NCBI RefSeq assembly: GCF_000315625.1
Contig: NW_005434457.1
Location: 3,835-67,834, forward strand
Source: Guillardia theta CCMP2712
Lineage: Eukaryota > Protista > Cryptophyta
Direction of reading: 5' to 3'
Length of the DNA: 64,000 nucleotides
The notes beneath the pieces are model-generated. The model saw only the letters and a program-made list of their open reading frames with translations. It was not told the DNA's origin and searched no databases. Shown one piece after another: positions 38,101-49,465 of this stretch (positions are counted from its first letter, which is position 1; each line of letters starts with the position of its first letter). The position numbers and the translations under genes are program-made.

Positions 38101-39446
38101 AGTGGCTCAGCTAAAGTCGTCGCCCCAAGTCAATCGAGGTCATGAAGCTGATGGTCAAGGTGAGAACTGGCCGCCCCTCCTCCCCCTTCTCCTCCGCCCC
38201 CCGCCGCTCCCTCTCCTCCTCCTCCTCCTCCTCCTCCTCCTCCTCCTCCTCCTCCTCCTCCTCCTCCTCCTCCTCCTCCTCCTCCTCCTCCTCCTCCTCC
38301 TCCTCCTCCTCCTCCTCCTCCTCCTCCTCCTCCTCCTCCTCCTCCTCCTCCTCCTCCTCCTCCTCCTCCTCCTCTTTTCTCCTCCCTCCTCCTCCTCCTC
38401 TTGGCCTTCTTGCCGCCGTCATCTCCTCTTCGTTCTCTCCTTCCTTCCCCTCCTCTCACCGGCTCACAACCTTGACAGGCCCATCACGCCTGCGGGGAGC
38501 ATGACGAGGCCCTGCGAATGTGCACGGCGATGGAGGAGAAGGGGCAGGGGGACCTGGAGGTGAAGCTCCTCATGAGCAAGTCGATGGCAGCAGGAGGGAG
38601 GCTGCAGGAGGCGATCGCTAAGATGCACGAGATGCTCAAGTTGGACCCCGAGTATCGCGACTGCAAGCAGGAGCTCAAGGACCTGAAGAGGATGGAGGAG
38701 ATGAGGAGCAGAGCAGAGCAGCTTCTCCGCACCCGCAGGTTCTCTGAGTCAATCGAGCTCTGCTCCGAAGCTCTCCGCATCTCTTCCTGGGCCACTGGCT
38801 TCAACGCTGCAGTTCTCCTCACCCGGGCCTCCTGCTGGGTTGAGCTCAAGTCGCTCGAGAAGGCGATCAATGACTGCTCCTCCTCCCTCGACCTGAACCC
38901 CCGGCTGGTCAAGGCTCTGATCTGCCGAGCTCGATGCTACATGCAGCGATCGGAGTACGAGGAGGCAGCCGAGGACTTCGAGCGAGCAGCGCAGGTCGAC
39001 CCCACCCAGAAGCTTCTGCTGCAGCACGAGATGAGCGAGGCGAGGAGGAAGGCGTCTGCTCCTTCCGACTACTACAAGGTCCTCGGCGTCAGCCCCTCTG
39101 CGACAGACAAGGAGATCCGAGCAGCGTACAAGAAGTTGGCGCTGCAGTTCCATCCCGATAAGCAGAGCGGAGGAGGCGAAGCTGCAGGCCGAGCCGAGCG
39201 GCAGTTCAAGCTCCTATCCGAGGCCTACGCAGGTGAGTCGTGCGCTGATCGCCCGGTAGAGGTTGACAAGCTGCTGCAGTGCTGTATGATGAGCAGAAGA
39301 GGAAAGAGTATGACAGGAGCAGAAACCAGAACGCGTTCGAGAACAGGGAGTTCTCGCATGGCTGGAACCATTCCTTTAATTCGAAGCGATCGAGCAAGCA
39401 GTGGGACCAACGCTCAAGGTCGTATAACTCATGGCAGCATAGGTAG
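35133..39446 (+). CDS. DNAJC7: DNAJC7-like TPR + J-domain co-chaperone with N-terminal SINA-like RING and (Pro-Ala)n linker
   Basis: CGVC...[15 protein letters not shown]...CPIC...IRNRALEKL (SINA-type RING). TPRs [25 protein letters not shown] and [27 protein letters not shown]-domain DYYKVLGV...[16 protein letters not shown]...FKLLSEAYA|[12 protein letters not shown]; stop 39444-39446. Confidence 0.85.
35600..35825 (+). repeat. Coding (GCTCCA)n hexamer repeat encoding (AP)n
   Basis: Tandem GCTCCA/GCTCCT/GCTCCC units within the open frame. Confidence 0.9.
38214..38374 (+). repeat. Intronic (CCT)n microsatellite
   Basis: About 160 bp of pure CCT repeat between the GT at ~38160 and AG at ~38478. 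Confidence 0.95.
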
Positions 39447-39605
39447 GGAGCGAGCGTCTCATCCGAAAGACACTCGATCTTGTACAATAAATCAAACCAT
39501 GAGATGTTTGCTCTGCCCATTCCACCCCCTACACTTCATCCGCTGCTTTCCGCTTTCTCACCCTCTCCTGGTATCTCCCGAGCCATCAGCAAGGTCAGAG
39601 TCACG

Positions 39606-40235
39606 TCACCTGCGGACGATCTTGTGCAGATGAATCTGAGCCTCTTCACTCATGCCAAGTTTGTCCACCTCAGCCTCTGGGATCTCCTCAACGTCAAACT
39701 CACCCGTGTCATGCAAAAGTGCGAAAAACATGAAGGAGAATGGTCTGTCGCAGAAAACGCTGTAAACGATGCTCCCCGGAACCGTCACCCTCAACAGAGT
39801 CCAGAGGAGGTCCTCGTGACTCTCTTGATCATAGAAGAGTTCAGACAAGATGACATAGTCGAATGTCTCTACATGGCTTTTGAGCTCAGATAACTCCCAT
39901 CCTCTCTCCCCCCACTCCAGTTCCACAGCCTTCATGCTCAGTCCTGCCGCGCATGCCATGTCCGCCTTCATCTTCAACCTGTCCAGGCAGCCTCCCCCTC
40001 CTCCTCGCTCTGTTGCTGTAACCTTCGCACCCATCTTGCTTAAGGCCTCCGCCAGAACACCCTCACCTGCTCCCAGCTCGAGGAGCTTCTTTCCTTTGAA
40101 GTTGCCCTTCTCCTTCTTGTCGAGGAACTCCAAGAGCACGAGCGACGCCTTCCACAAGTGTCCTCCTCCCTCAAGCCGTCTCACCTCCCCCAGCTCCTCC
40201 TCGCCCTTGGCCTCCATCTCCTTCCGCCCCGCCAT
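39606..40235 (-). CDS. METTL21/EEF2KMT-type (Methyltransf_16) protein-lysine methyltransferase
   Basis: [28 protein letters not shown] (motif I), [21 protein letters not shown]. Termini may involve extra small exons. Confidence 0.88.
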   Translation of the reverse strand: MAGRKEMEAKGEEELGEVRRLEGGGHLWKASLVLLEFLDKKEKGNFKGKKLLELGAGEGVLAEALSKMGAKVTATERGGGGGCLDRLKMKADMACAAGLSMKAVELEWGERGWELSELKSHVETFDYVILSELFYDQESHEDLLWTLLRVTVPGSIVYSVFCDRPFSFMFFALLHDTGEFDVEEIPEAEVDKLGMSEEAQIHLHKIVRR

Positions 40236-41209
40236 CCCTTGCAGAGCTGAACTAATCCAAATCAAACTAAAACGTTAGATAGTCGTGCGAGTGCCTCAGG
40301 ACCGTCGACAACTTGGCAAGTTCCCAGTCCCGGTGGCCCGGCACTGGCACACCGGGTGACCGCACTGTGACCGGCGGCCGGCGGGGCCCGGCCAGCCTGG
40401 CTAGTACGGTCACATCACTGACCTTAGCCACGGCCAGGGCCCGGCCCAGTGGCCGGGCACACACTCCGAGTCAGGCTGCGACACCGTTCGGACTGACACG
40501 CCGGGGCCGCTACTATAAACCTTTACTCAAAGTTAAGTTAAAAATCAGTACGAGGACAATAATGAGAGACAATTTAAACAGTAGCTTTCAACTTGCGCCG
40601 CCAATAATGGCGGTTGACGGTTTACAGCGGCGGGGGAACGATCCGGCGAAGGCTTGTTGGTGCCCGGCCAAAGAAACACTGATACACCAAACGTTGTGAG
40701 TCGAGGCTCTGACATGTCGAGTCCGGCACTTGTCAGCATCACTGCCAGGCGTCACAGACAGTCAACGCGAGGTCACGATGTCGACATGGCGTCCGGGATC
40801 AACAGTCACCAATGGCCCGGCCCATTCAGATATGAGGCACCAGGGTAGACAGGGCTTGAAGGAGGGGTGATGGTACCCGGCCAAGCATATCCAGTGATAT
40901 CAAACGTTGCGTCTTGAGATCTCCTTATGTCAGCATCACGAGGGAACAAGATCATAGAAGTCTTAACAGGTATCCGGGGACATCTAATACCACCCCACCT
41001 CGGCCCTAGAATCCGGTCTAACTGCTACCCCTCCTCGCACAGGAACATTCGCCCCCTACCCCCTTCTATAAACTGATTCTTGGCAGCCTCCGCTCCATCC
41101 CTCCTCCTGGTCAGCTTCCTGCTCCACGCGCTTGCTGCTCCTCTCCTTTGTCTGTGCTTGGACACCCTTGGCTCTGCTCTCTGAGCCCTGCTGTTGGCTT
41201 TTCGTCGCC

Positions 41210-41413
41210 ATGCACGTCGCTCGCGCCCCCTCTCCCTCTCCCGCGCGAAGCATGGGACCTGCGAAGCTCTACGCCTACGTCGAGCCCTCCAAGGACAAGA
41301 AGCTCAGCGCCCTCCGCGACTCCATCGCCCTCATTCGGAGCAACGCGCGGGTTGTGAGCGCGGTGGGGGAGTGGATGGAGCTGGGGGCGGGGAGCCTGAA
41401 CGAGAAGGCATGA
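41210..41413 (+). CDS. Microprotein family copy A (67 aa)
   Basis: cgccATG; MHVARAPSPSPARSMGPAKLYA + conserved cassette YVEPSKDKKLSALRDSIALIRSNARVVSAVGEWMELGAGSLNE-KA*; strong GC3 bias in this frame. Confidence 0.6.
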   Translation: MHVARAPSPSPARSMGPAKLYAYVEPSKDKKLSALRDSIALIRSNARVVSAVGEWMELGAGSLNEKA

Positions 41414-42003
41414 GACCAAGTGAATTAACATCGGAGCTGCACGTGAGAGCTGAGAAGACTGGCCAGGACAGCGAGGACGATGGCGATATACAAGAGCAGG
41501 TGCAGGGCAAGTAGCAGAGGCTAGGGGTAATTCAAGGCATGGTTTCTATTACGCCGGCTTCAGGGGCGATTTTTTGATGTAATATAGCCAGGTTACAAAA
41601 GATAGTAATAAACTTTGAGAATGCAAACTGAACCGTAAACCATCTTGAAGATTCGAATGATTCATGCACAAACGGAATTTGCAACTGGTCCCTGTTGGTT
41701 TTCATGATCATGACAAGAATCTCCTACCTACATCTGAACGTGTCACTTCATGGATGAAATCATGCAGCAAGTTGCAAGACAAGAAGCGACTCAATTCAAA
41801 GATTGTCGATAGGCACTGATACTGCATTGTGATCACTTCATCATGAAGAAATACTTCTCAGCTTTACCTCGCACGACCCTCATCCTCTTTCGAATCAAGT
41901 TTCACTTGGGAACTGTCGGAACTTCGGAGCACTGACTCGGGAGGACTGCTAAGGAGGTCGCCTACGGACTTCAACAGCATGGTTCTCGGAGGATCAGCTC
42001 AGC

Positions 42004-42155
42004 AAGGACAAGAAGCTCAGGACCCTCCGCGACTCCATCGCCCTCATTCGGACAAACGCGCGGGTTGTGAGCGCGGTGGGGGAGTGGATGTAGTTTGGGA
42101 AAGGAAGGGGGGGGGGGGGGGGGGGAGGGGGGGGGTTAAAGCCTGAACCAGCTAC
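42004..42155 (+). pseudogene. Microprotein family copy B (truncated)
   Basis: KDKKLRTLRDSIALIRTNARVVSAVGEWM then TAG (42091-42093) replacing GAG, a poly-G expansion, and remnant AGCCTGAACCAGCTA. Confidence 0.7.
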
Positions 42156-42259
42156 AGGAAGCTATTGTTTTCATGCAGCGAGGGTAAGACAACAAAGAAT
42201 AGTGAGTGTTCTCGAAAAGAATAATGAACTTCTTGGAACGAGGATTCCGAGCTGTAGCT

Positions 42260-43520
42260 CTACTTCTTTCTCTAGAGTTCAAGTCAGTTCTCGGCCTTTT
42301 CCTTCAAGTGTTAGGAAGTCGCTCCCATCACCTTAGCAAGCAAGTCTTTGTCCGCCTTCTGCAGATACTTGCGGCTCTGCTTTGCCAGCCTGATAGCAAA
42401 CAGCCGTCAAGGCATTCCAACGGCTGTTGATGTTGATGTTGATGTTCACACCTCCGCCTGACATCGTCGGGGTCCGGGCTGGAAGTCCTTGTCTGGAATG
42501 AGACGGGTCTATACTCACTACCGGACCGGGCAGAAGCAGCATCGGACACGTAGAAACCGTTGCTGTTCATCAGCTTGTTCCTGCAAAGCGGCAAGTCAGT
42601 GGTACAGGCAATCAAGGCGCCTTTACACAGCAGGGGCTTGGGACTGACCCAAACGCGTCTTGGTGTGCTGTGGGTAGCGAGTTGCCCGCAGTTGTCCCAG
42701 GCTGGGAATTGAAAACATCGGCAGAGATAGATTCTGTTATGAGATTCTGGATTGAAGACTTCAGGCTGGAGCCACTTTCATTTGAGAAAACCTCACCCCC
42801 CCGAAATTTTCATCGCCCTGGCTCCGATTCTTTAAAATTTTGTCCTGAAGCGTTCAACAAGATAGTTGTTCAGTGTTTGCTGGTATGGATATCACTACCA
42901 AGAGACTCTTTCACTCACACTCATCTTGATTGCCGTCCGTGGAGAGTTTGAATCTTCTTTTGAATAAGAACCACTTAACTCATTCGAAACACAAGATACC
43001 GTGATAGTCTTCCCTCCATGAAACATTCTTGTTGCTCCTGTAAGGTACAGGCCACTCATAATTTGTTCACACGACTCTCGGCCAGTCAATTACCTGTTGG
43101 TCCTCATACCAGATTCTGTGAAATCGTCCACAATCTCCGTAAAGTCATCCTGTCCTTTGAAATCAGAGCATGTTTACGATGGCTTCCTGTCTTCGCACTT
43201 CAGTCCTTTGCAGATCTTCAGAATCATCATCTGTGAGAGGCTGGAGATGGATTCAGGCGTCGTCTCCAAGATCAGAGGTCTGTTGTCTCTGGTGTCATAC
43301 CCCGAAGTGTCTTGTTGTGTCATCGACTGTCATGTTGTCCAGTAGCCGATGGTATTCTTCTGTGTCCTGTCAAGTCAACCATTACGGGCAACAGCTAACG
43401 CAGGAGAACTTGACACTTCACCACGTCCTCTTCCACCACGCCTCCTTGCAGCGAGGGAGCAGGACGATCGGCCCAGCCCTTCTGCCCCAGGGCCTTGCCG
43501 TCTCTCGGTGAGTTGCGCAT
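42260..43520 (-). CDS. Hypothetical multi-exon protein
   Basis: Series of short exons bounded by GT/AG, e.g. NKLMNSNGFYVSDAASARSGSEYRPVSFQTRTSSPDPDDVRRR|LAKQSRKYLQKADKDLLAK; no recognisable domain. Confidence 0.35.
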
Positions 43521-44233
43521 GATTCCTCGCTGAAGAGGACTTCAGCAGCAGCGCACATACAAAAAAAACTCGAGTGCCTGTGCTGCTACGAGCTTTGGGA
43601 CCGCGGCCTTGAGGTCTGTTAGCTCGCCCGGAGCTCGCTTGTCGCCTGTTGAATCGCAAGAATACGTGTGACGTCTGTGGGACGAGGAGGAAGAGCAAGC
43701 AACCTTGTTTCAATGCAGGGCTCGCACTTTCTTCTCTGAAAGACAAGATCGGGTCAGACAGCAAAGCGCTCGAGCCGAGACTTACATGGTGGACTCCCCT
43801 CCCTCATTCCCAAAGCCTTGAGTGCAGTTGGAACAATAGTTCCCCATCCTTGATCCTCCGCACTCTCTCCAGGTTCACCAACGAGCTGCTGACCAGTCAA
43901 TTCATATCTCCTCCTTCATCCTCCCTGTTACCCCCTTCCCTCCCGCCTACTTCCCTGTTGCCTGCCTGCCTGCCCGCCCGCCCGCCCGCCCCTCCATCTT
44001 CCTCCTCCGCCCCCCCATTCGCTTTCTCCTGCTCAACTCCGGGAGATCGCACACTATTTCTGCTAGTGGTAACCTAGCCGTGAGTGGTAACCTCCAGTAG
44101 GGACAAACAATGGCGAGGAGCGGGGAGTAGGGAATCGCAAGAGGGTCGGGGGCTCCGAGGAAGGGGAGGGGAAGAGACACGAGAGATGCACGCTGAGAGG
44201 AGGCGCTGGCGATCAGTGGAGACGTCAGCTGCC

Positions 44234-46306
44234 ATGCCGCTCCTCCCCCTGACTGCGGTTTCTCGCAGCACATGGCTTCTGCACCTGCTCCTCGCCGTGC
44301 TGTCACTGCCCCCTCCTCCCTCTCTCGGACTTACCCGTCATCCGGAGCATGTTCCCGTCGCCATCAACCTTCAGCATGTTCAAGGGGCTGTGGTGGAGGC
44401 AAGAATCGTTGGGATGCAACCAGACGTCTCCTACTCTGTCCTGATGCAGGCGATAGTCGACGGACTGATCGTCTTCTCGCAACCGATGAAGGTCAAGAGC
44501 TCGAGGATCGAAGTTACCATATCTGAACTGCCTCTGGGGGTGAATCAGCCGACCATTTCCTGCAAGCTCTATGACGACTACCCTCACCTCTCAACTACCG
44601 AGAGCCTCCTTGCTTCGGTTCAGAAGCAGCTCCCTATCACTATCAAGGAACCGCCATACTCCGACGAGACGAGGCTGAGGATTGCGTGCTCTGAGCAGAG
44701 CTTTGAGGTCCCTCCGTCGCTCCAATGCTGCAGCAGCTCGCACGAACAAGACCTGAACATCTCCCTGGCGTCCATAGGCAGCATCGATCGGTCGATTCAG
44801 ATGCTGCATGTGATGCTTCAATGGGACGGGCCTGTGTCGCTGGTTTTCTATGCTAGGTCGGAGGAGGAGGAGCGATTTATCTCAGCATTTGTGGAAGAGA
44901 CGATGATCCCAGCTGCCGTCAGAAGTTGTCGCGAGCTGAATCTCCAGCTACTGTCGGACTGCCACGACCAGGGCTCGCCGGAGCGGGTGTATCCCTTCCC
45001 AGTCAACAAGCTTCGATCTGTTGCCGTGTCAAGGGCCAAGACAGATCTCGTCCTTTACATCGACGTAGATTTCATTCCTTCGGCTGATGCTGCTCGTCAA
45101 CTGCAGCAAGCAATGTCGTCGCCATCCTTTGATCAAGCCGCTGGCCTGCTTGTGCTCCCGGCCTTCCTAACCGTCTGGTCGTCACCTTGGCCATCGCCAA
45201 TGAGGGTGGAAGACGAAGGGATGCAAGTAGAGCCTCTGCACTTAGACGAGCTGAAGCGCCGCTGCATCGCGGGTGACGTGTATCCTCCGGAGATGCCGTT
45301 CCGCATGTCGCCGCATGGAGCTACCGACTACCTCAAGTGGTTCCACATGCCAGCCAACAGGACAGAGCCGTTCCAAGTTCTCTACAGCATGTGGTACGAG
45401 CCCTACTTCGTCGTCAACCGCCGCCTGTGGAGGGGGATCAACCACCCTGGGCTCTTCGACGAGCGGTTCGTGGACGCTGGCCCAGACAAGGTCCAGCTCG
45501 CGTACGAGGCGGCAGTGTTGGGGTACTCGTTCTTCGTGCATCCAACCGCCTTCCTGGTTCACGTGCCTGAGAGGAAGGAGCTGTTCTGCCATGACAGGTT
45601 TGCTCAACTATGCAAGAAGCAAGAGGTCGATAAGACAAACTGGAAGGACAAGACTCTATACTTCTCCAACTTCCAGTTCCTCGACTTCATCTTCAGCATG
45701 CCAAGGTGGACGGACCACCGAGTCCCGGAGGGGTTTCATCGCCCCTGCTTCACCATCCCCTTTGCGTACATCACGGAGCTTTCTCGACGGGAGCTGATCT
45801 CGTTCCTCTTCCCTCCTGCGAAGGTCAAGATGGTCTGGACATGTGCGAGGGATAAGTGCGAACGAGTCCACGAGAAGTTTATGCTCTGGCAGGGTCATTT
45901 CCTGCCTCCCTCTGCCTTTCAAGTGCCTCCTCCGGACCTTGAAGCGCGTCAGTCCTTCAGGGAGGCCTTCAGCCGCTGGTGCTTCACTATTCCTCCCCTT
46001 GTCGGCATCTACTTCGTCCGTTCTGGCCGAGTTTTCATCCAGTATGACTCTCTCCTTCTTAACGGGGAGCCGGACGAGGTTGTCAATGCTTCTCACAAAC
46101 TCTACACCAGCAGCGCTGCCTTCGTCCTCGAAATGTTTGAGGACAGTGGGACGAGCACGGCGGAAGTCCCTTGGGAAAATGAGTGCTTTGAACAGACCGG
46201 CAGCCTTGCTAAGCTTGTCTTGTGCCATATCCAGTCTAAGATGGAGACGAGGCAGGGCAACTTCGACGTCATCTTGCGATCAACTTACTTGATGAGTGCG
46301 TCTTGA
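44234..46306 (+). CDS. GT49 family glycosyltransferase (LARGE / B4GAT1-like glucuronyltransferase), intronless, N-terminal signal/anchor
   Basis: WDGPVSLVFY, YPFPVNKLRSVA, LYIDVDFIPS (DXD), VLPAF, HGATDYLKW, YEPYFVV, FDERF...DKVQ...GYSFFVHPTAFLVH. Start at MPLLPL... is inferred (the ORF opens at 44084). Confidence 0.88.
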   Translation: MPLLPLTAVSRSTWLLHLLLAVLSLPPPPSLGLTRHPEHVPVAINLQHVQGAVVEARIVGMQPDVSYSVLMQAIVDGLIVFSQPMKVKSSRIEVTISELPLGVNQPTISCKLYDDYPHLSTTESLLASVQKQLPITIKEPPYSDETRLRIACSEQSFEVPPSLQCCSSSHEQDLNISLASIGSIDRSIQMLHVMLQWDGPVSLVFYARSEEEERFISAFVEETMIPAAVRSCRELNLQLLSDCHDQGSPERVYPFPVNKLRSVAVSRAKTDLVLYIDVDFIPSADAARQLQQAMSSPSFDQAAGLLVLPAFLTVWSSPWPSPMRVEDEGMQVEPLHLDELKRRCIAGDVYPPEMPFRMSPHGATDYLKWFHMPANRTEPFQVLYSMWYEPYFVVNRRLWRGINHPGLFDERFVDAGPDKVQLAYEAAVLGYSFFVHPTAFLVHVPERKELFCHDRFAQLCKKQEVDKTNWKDKTLYFSNFQFLDFIFSMPRWTDHRVPEGFHRPCFTIPFAYITELSRRELISFLFPPAKVKMVWTCARDKCERVHEKFMLWQGHFLPPSAFQVPPPDLEARQSFREAFSRWCFTIPPLVGIYFVRSGRVFIQYDSLLLNGEPDEVVNASHKLYTSSAAFVLEMFEDSGTSTAEVPWENECFEQTGSLAKLVLCHIQSKMETRQGNFDVILRSTYLMSAS

Positions 46307-46618
46307 CGCGAGGAGAGAAGAAGGACCGTCAGGATATCCCGTCTATCTCTATCTATCGTCGTGCATCAGTTAAACCAGTCCATCTCGAGATTTATGCTTT
46401 ATTTACATCTCACACCCAGTGGCACAAGCATATTCCCTCTTCTTCCTGATACTCCCCTCGCCCTTCCTCCTTACTGTACACCTATAACATCCTCTCACAT
46501 CCCGCCGTCCTCGCTGAAGCCAGCTCGCTATCAGCTGCTCCTCCCTCGTCAGACTTGACCCGTTTCCCTACATCCTTATCCTCTCCCCTTGATGACGATG
46601 TCCTGCTCGGTTGCTGCG

Positions 46619-46813
46619 TCATAGCTCGTTCAGCCCCCCCGCCCCCAGCTCCATCCACTCCCCCACCGCGCTCACAACCCGCGCGTTGCTCCGAATGAGG
46701 GCGATGGAGTCGCGGAGGGCCCTGAGCTTCTTGTCCTTGGAGGGCTCGCCGTAGCTTGAAGGTAGCTGGGGCAGGGGAGGGAGGGAGGAGGAGCTGCCAG
46801 GAAGTGCTTGCAT
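46619..46813 (-). CDS. Microprotein family copy C (64 aa)
   Basis: cgccATG; MQALPGSSSSLPPLPQLPSS + YGEPSKDKKLRALRDSIALIRSNARVVSAVGEWMELGAGGLNEL*. Confidence 0.6.
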   Translation of the reverse strand: MQALPGSSSSLPPLPQLPSSYGEPSKDKKLRALRDSIALIRSNARVVSAVGEWMELGAGGLNEL

Positions 46814-47401
46814 GGCGGTATCTTGCGAGCAGAGAGAGGATCGGAGATTTGAGGAGATACATAGTCTGAGATCGGATTGTTCCTGTCAATGAATGGGGTA
46901 GTTTAAAGGATTTGGAATGGGAAAAAGGGGTGGGGTGGTCATCAGATGTCACATGGCAATGTCTCAAGTTGCAACGTTTCACTCTCGTTTTCTGTTCCTA
47001 GTAGTAATATGTGAACGACCCTCGTGATCAGGTCGAGGAATGGTGAGACAGAACCGAGAAGGGAGGAGGAGAAGGGAGGAGGAGGAGGAGGAGGAGGAGG
47101 AGGAGGAGGAGGATTTTGAGGTGGGACGGCCATGTCAAGGCTCAGGGGCAACAAGAAGAGTTCAAGTTGGGGCCTCCTGAGGTCGGGAGAGCAAACGATG
47201 TATGAACGCGTCCATATAAGAACAAGAACCAACATCTGTTAGCCTGAGCCTCATCAGCAGACGACCTTCATTCGTATCACATATAAGCTTAACCCCTCCT
47301 CGCTCTTCCCCCTTACTGTACACCTGTAACACCCTCTCACATCCTGCCGTCCTCGCTGAAGCCAGCTCGCTATCAGCTGCTCCTCCTGCTCGGTTGCTGC
47401 G

Positions 47402-47602
47402 TCATAGCTCGTTCAGCCCCCCCGCCCCCAGCTCCATCCACTCCCCCACCGCGCTCACAACCCGCGCGTTGCTCCGAATGAGGGCGATGGAGTCGCGGAG
47501 GGCCCTGAGCTTCTTGTCCTTGGAGGGCTCGACGTAGGCGTAGAGCTTCGCAGGTCCGATGCTTCGCGCGGGAGAGGGAGAGGGGGCGCGAGCGACGTGC
47601 AT
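47402..47602 (-). CDS. Microprotein family copy D (66 aa)
   Basis: MHVARAPSPSPARSIGPAKLYA + cassette; near-identical to copy A including ~300 bp upstream. Confidence 0.6.
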   Translation of the reverse strand: MHVARAPSPSPARSIGPAKLYAYVEPSKDKKLRALRDSIALIRSNARVVSAVGEWMELGAGGLNEL

Positions 47603-48159
47603 GGCGACGAAAAGCTGACAGCAGGGCTCAGAGAGCAGAGCCAAGGGAGTCCAAGCACAGACCGAGGAGAGGAGCAGCAAGCGCGTGGAGCAGGGAGCTG
47701 ACCAGGAGGAGGGATGGAGCGGAGGCTGCCAAGAATCAGCTTTATAGAGAGTGGGTGGGGAGGGGGTAGGGGGCGAATGTTCCTGTGCGAGGAGGGGTAG
47801 CAGTTAGACCGGATTCTAGCGCCGAGGTGGGGTGGTGTTAGATGTCCCCGGATACCTGTTAAGACTTCTATGATGTTGTTCCCTCGTGATGCTGACATAA
47901 GGAGATCTCAAGACGCACCCCCACGCCAACGCAAGCCAGTATGACCCCTCATGCGCAACGTTTGATGTTACTAGATATACGAACCAGTAATGTTCTGTAT
48001 GTCAGCAATGTCCCAGTCACCCACCCACTTGATCCCGGATGCCATCTGGGTATCGTGACCTTGCGGATGACTAATAGAGTAATTGTTTTTTTCTTTTGCT
48101 AATAACTTTTTAAGTCGATCAAAGTTGATACTCCTTGTTGTGTTTCGTTTCAAGACTTA

Positions 48160-48540
48160 GGCCCGTTTCCCGCCGGCTCCCAGATTCCAGATTCCAGATT
48201 TTTTCATACAAATATAAGTCAATTTCTTTTTTTTGCTCCAAATGTTTTGGAGAACTCAACTATAAGTCATTTTAATTTGAGAATGAAACGATGCGGTTGA
48301 CTTTCCCAGATTTTGCTTTTCGAATGGGTAGGCACTATATGGAAATATATTATTAGCTCAATCGAGAGAAATTGTTAGAATGTAGGGAGGGTACGCTGGG
48401 AGCATCAAATATGAACAGGCAGGGGACCCCACCCCCTGTGAGTATGTATTGAAAGCACCGGTGAATATTTCAGCGTAAATTTCAAATCTATTTGAATAAA
48501 GTCAAAAATCTGGAATCTTGGAGCCGGCGGGAAACGGCCC
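48160..48540. mobile_element. Tourist-like (PIF/Harbinger) MITE, 381 bp
   Basis: TIRs GGCCCGTTTCCCGCCGGCTCCCAGATTCCAGATT... and ...AATCTGGAATCTTGGAGCCGGCGGGAAACGGCCC; flanked by TTA on both sides (48157-48159, 48541-48543); AT-rich non-coding interior. Confidence 0.85.
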
Positions 48541-49213
48541 TTATACTTCTACTAACTTGATATTCCCCTACTCTCGTGATTGTGTTCAAATGCACTATCG
48601 CTGAACTCATCAGACTCGAAGTGGAAGTCAATGTGTTAATGAGACAACAAAGGTTTGTGCTATGACATCATGCAAGGGGAGAACGATCCTTTTATCATCA
48701 GTCAAAGGAACCCCAGAGATGTAAGGGGTTCCGAGCAATGCTGCCTCATGCACCTCTTCGAGCTTCAATCAACTGATGGTTGCACCAGTAAAGGAGATCT
48801 CTCGCTCTCGCTCTTCCTCCCCCTCCCTTCCTCTCTGTCCCTGCCCTGCCCTGCCTCCCTTCCCCCCTCACTTCACTTTCCCTCTTTTCTCTGCTCTCTC
48901 CCTCTCCTTCCTCCCTGACCTCTGACCGTAACTTTATCGCTGTTACGAACACTGGCGATTAGAATGCTTCTGATCTTCATTGAATGCTCGACAGAATGCA
49001 AGTGACACAGCCTGACTACTGCAAGTGACTGACTGCACCACAACACAGTCTCACAATAAAGAAACTGAAAATCGTGTAGCGTTGACGGCATCAGCCATTG
49101 TCATAGAGAAAGAAGAAGAAGAAGAAACGAGGCTTGTTCTCTATGACTCCGGTTTTTATTTACATCTCATGCTGACTATCATACATGTTCTTGATGCTGC
49201 TGCCGCTGCTGCG

Positions 49214-49465
49214 TCATAGCTCGTTCAGGCTCCCCGCCCCCAGCTCCATCCACTCCCCCACCGCGCTCACAACCCGCGCGTTGCTCCGAATGAGGGCGAT
49301 GGAGTCGCGGAGGGCGCGGAGCTTCTTGTCCTTGGAGGGCTCGACGTAGCAAACGGATTTGTTGTTGTTGTTGTTGGAGGAGGAGGAGGAGGAGGAGGAG
49401 GGAAGGAGGACGGAGGAGCGAGTCGGAGGAGAGACATCGAGAGGGTTACAGGGAGTGGCATGCAT
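49214..49465 (-). CDS. Microprotein family copy E (83 aa)
   Basis: [39 protein letters not shown] + cassette, in frame. Confidence 0.55.
   Translation of the reverse strand: MHATPCNPLDVSPPTRSSVLLPSSSSSSSSNNNNNKSVCYVEPSKDKKLRALRDSIALIRSNARVVSAVGEWMELGAGSLNEL

Noticed and set aside
38102-38563. Poly-Leu/Ser/Glu/Gly ORFs
   Set aside because: Translations of an intronic (CCT)n microsatellite.
41372-41398. Cassette motif MELGAG as a SAM-binding motif I copied from the neighbouring methyltransferase (LELGAGEG)
   Set aside because: Only five residues match, flanks are dissimilar and the peptide ends a few residues later; likely coincidence.
41210-41413. Microproteins as cryptophyte ejectisome (Tri/Reb-like) or phycobiliprotein alpha subunits
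   Set aside because: No recognisable similarity to those families as I know them and no targeting peptide from the proposed ATG; not testable without a search.
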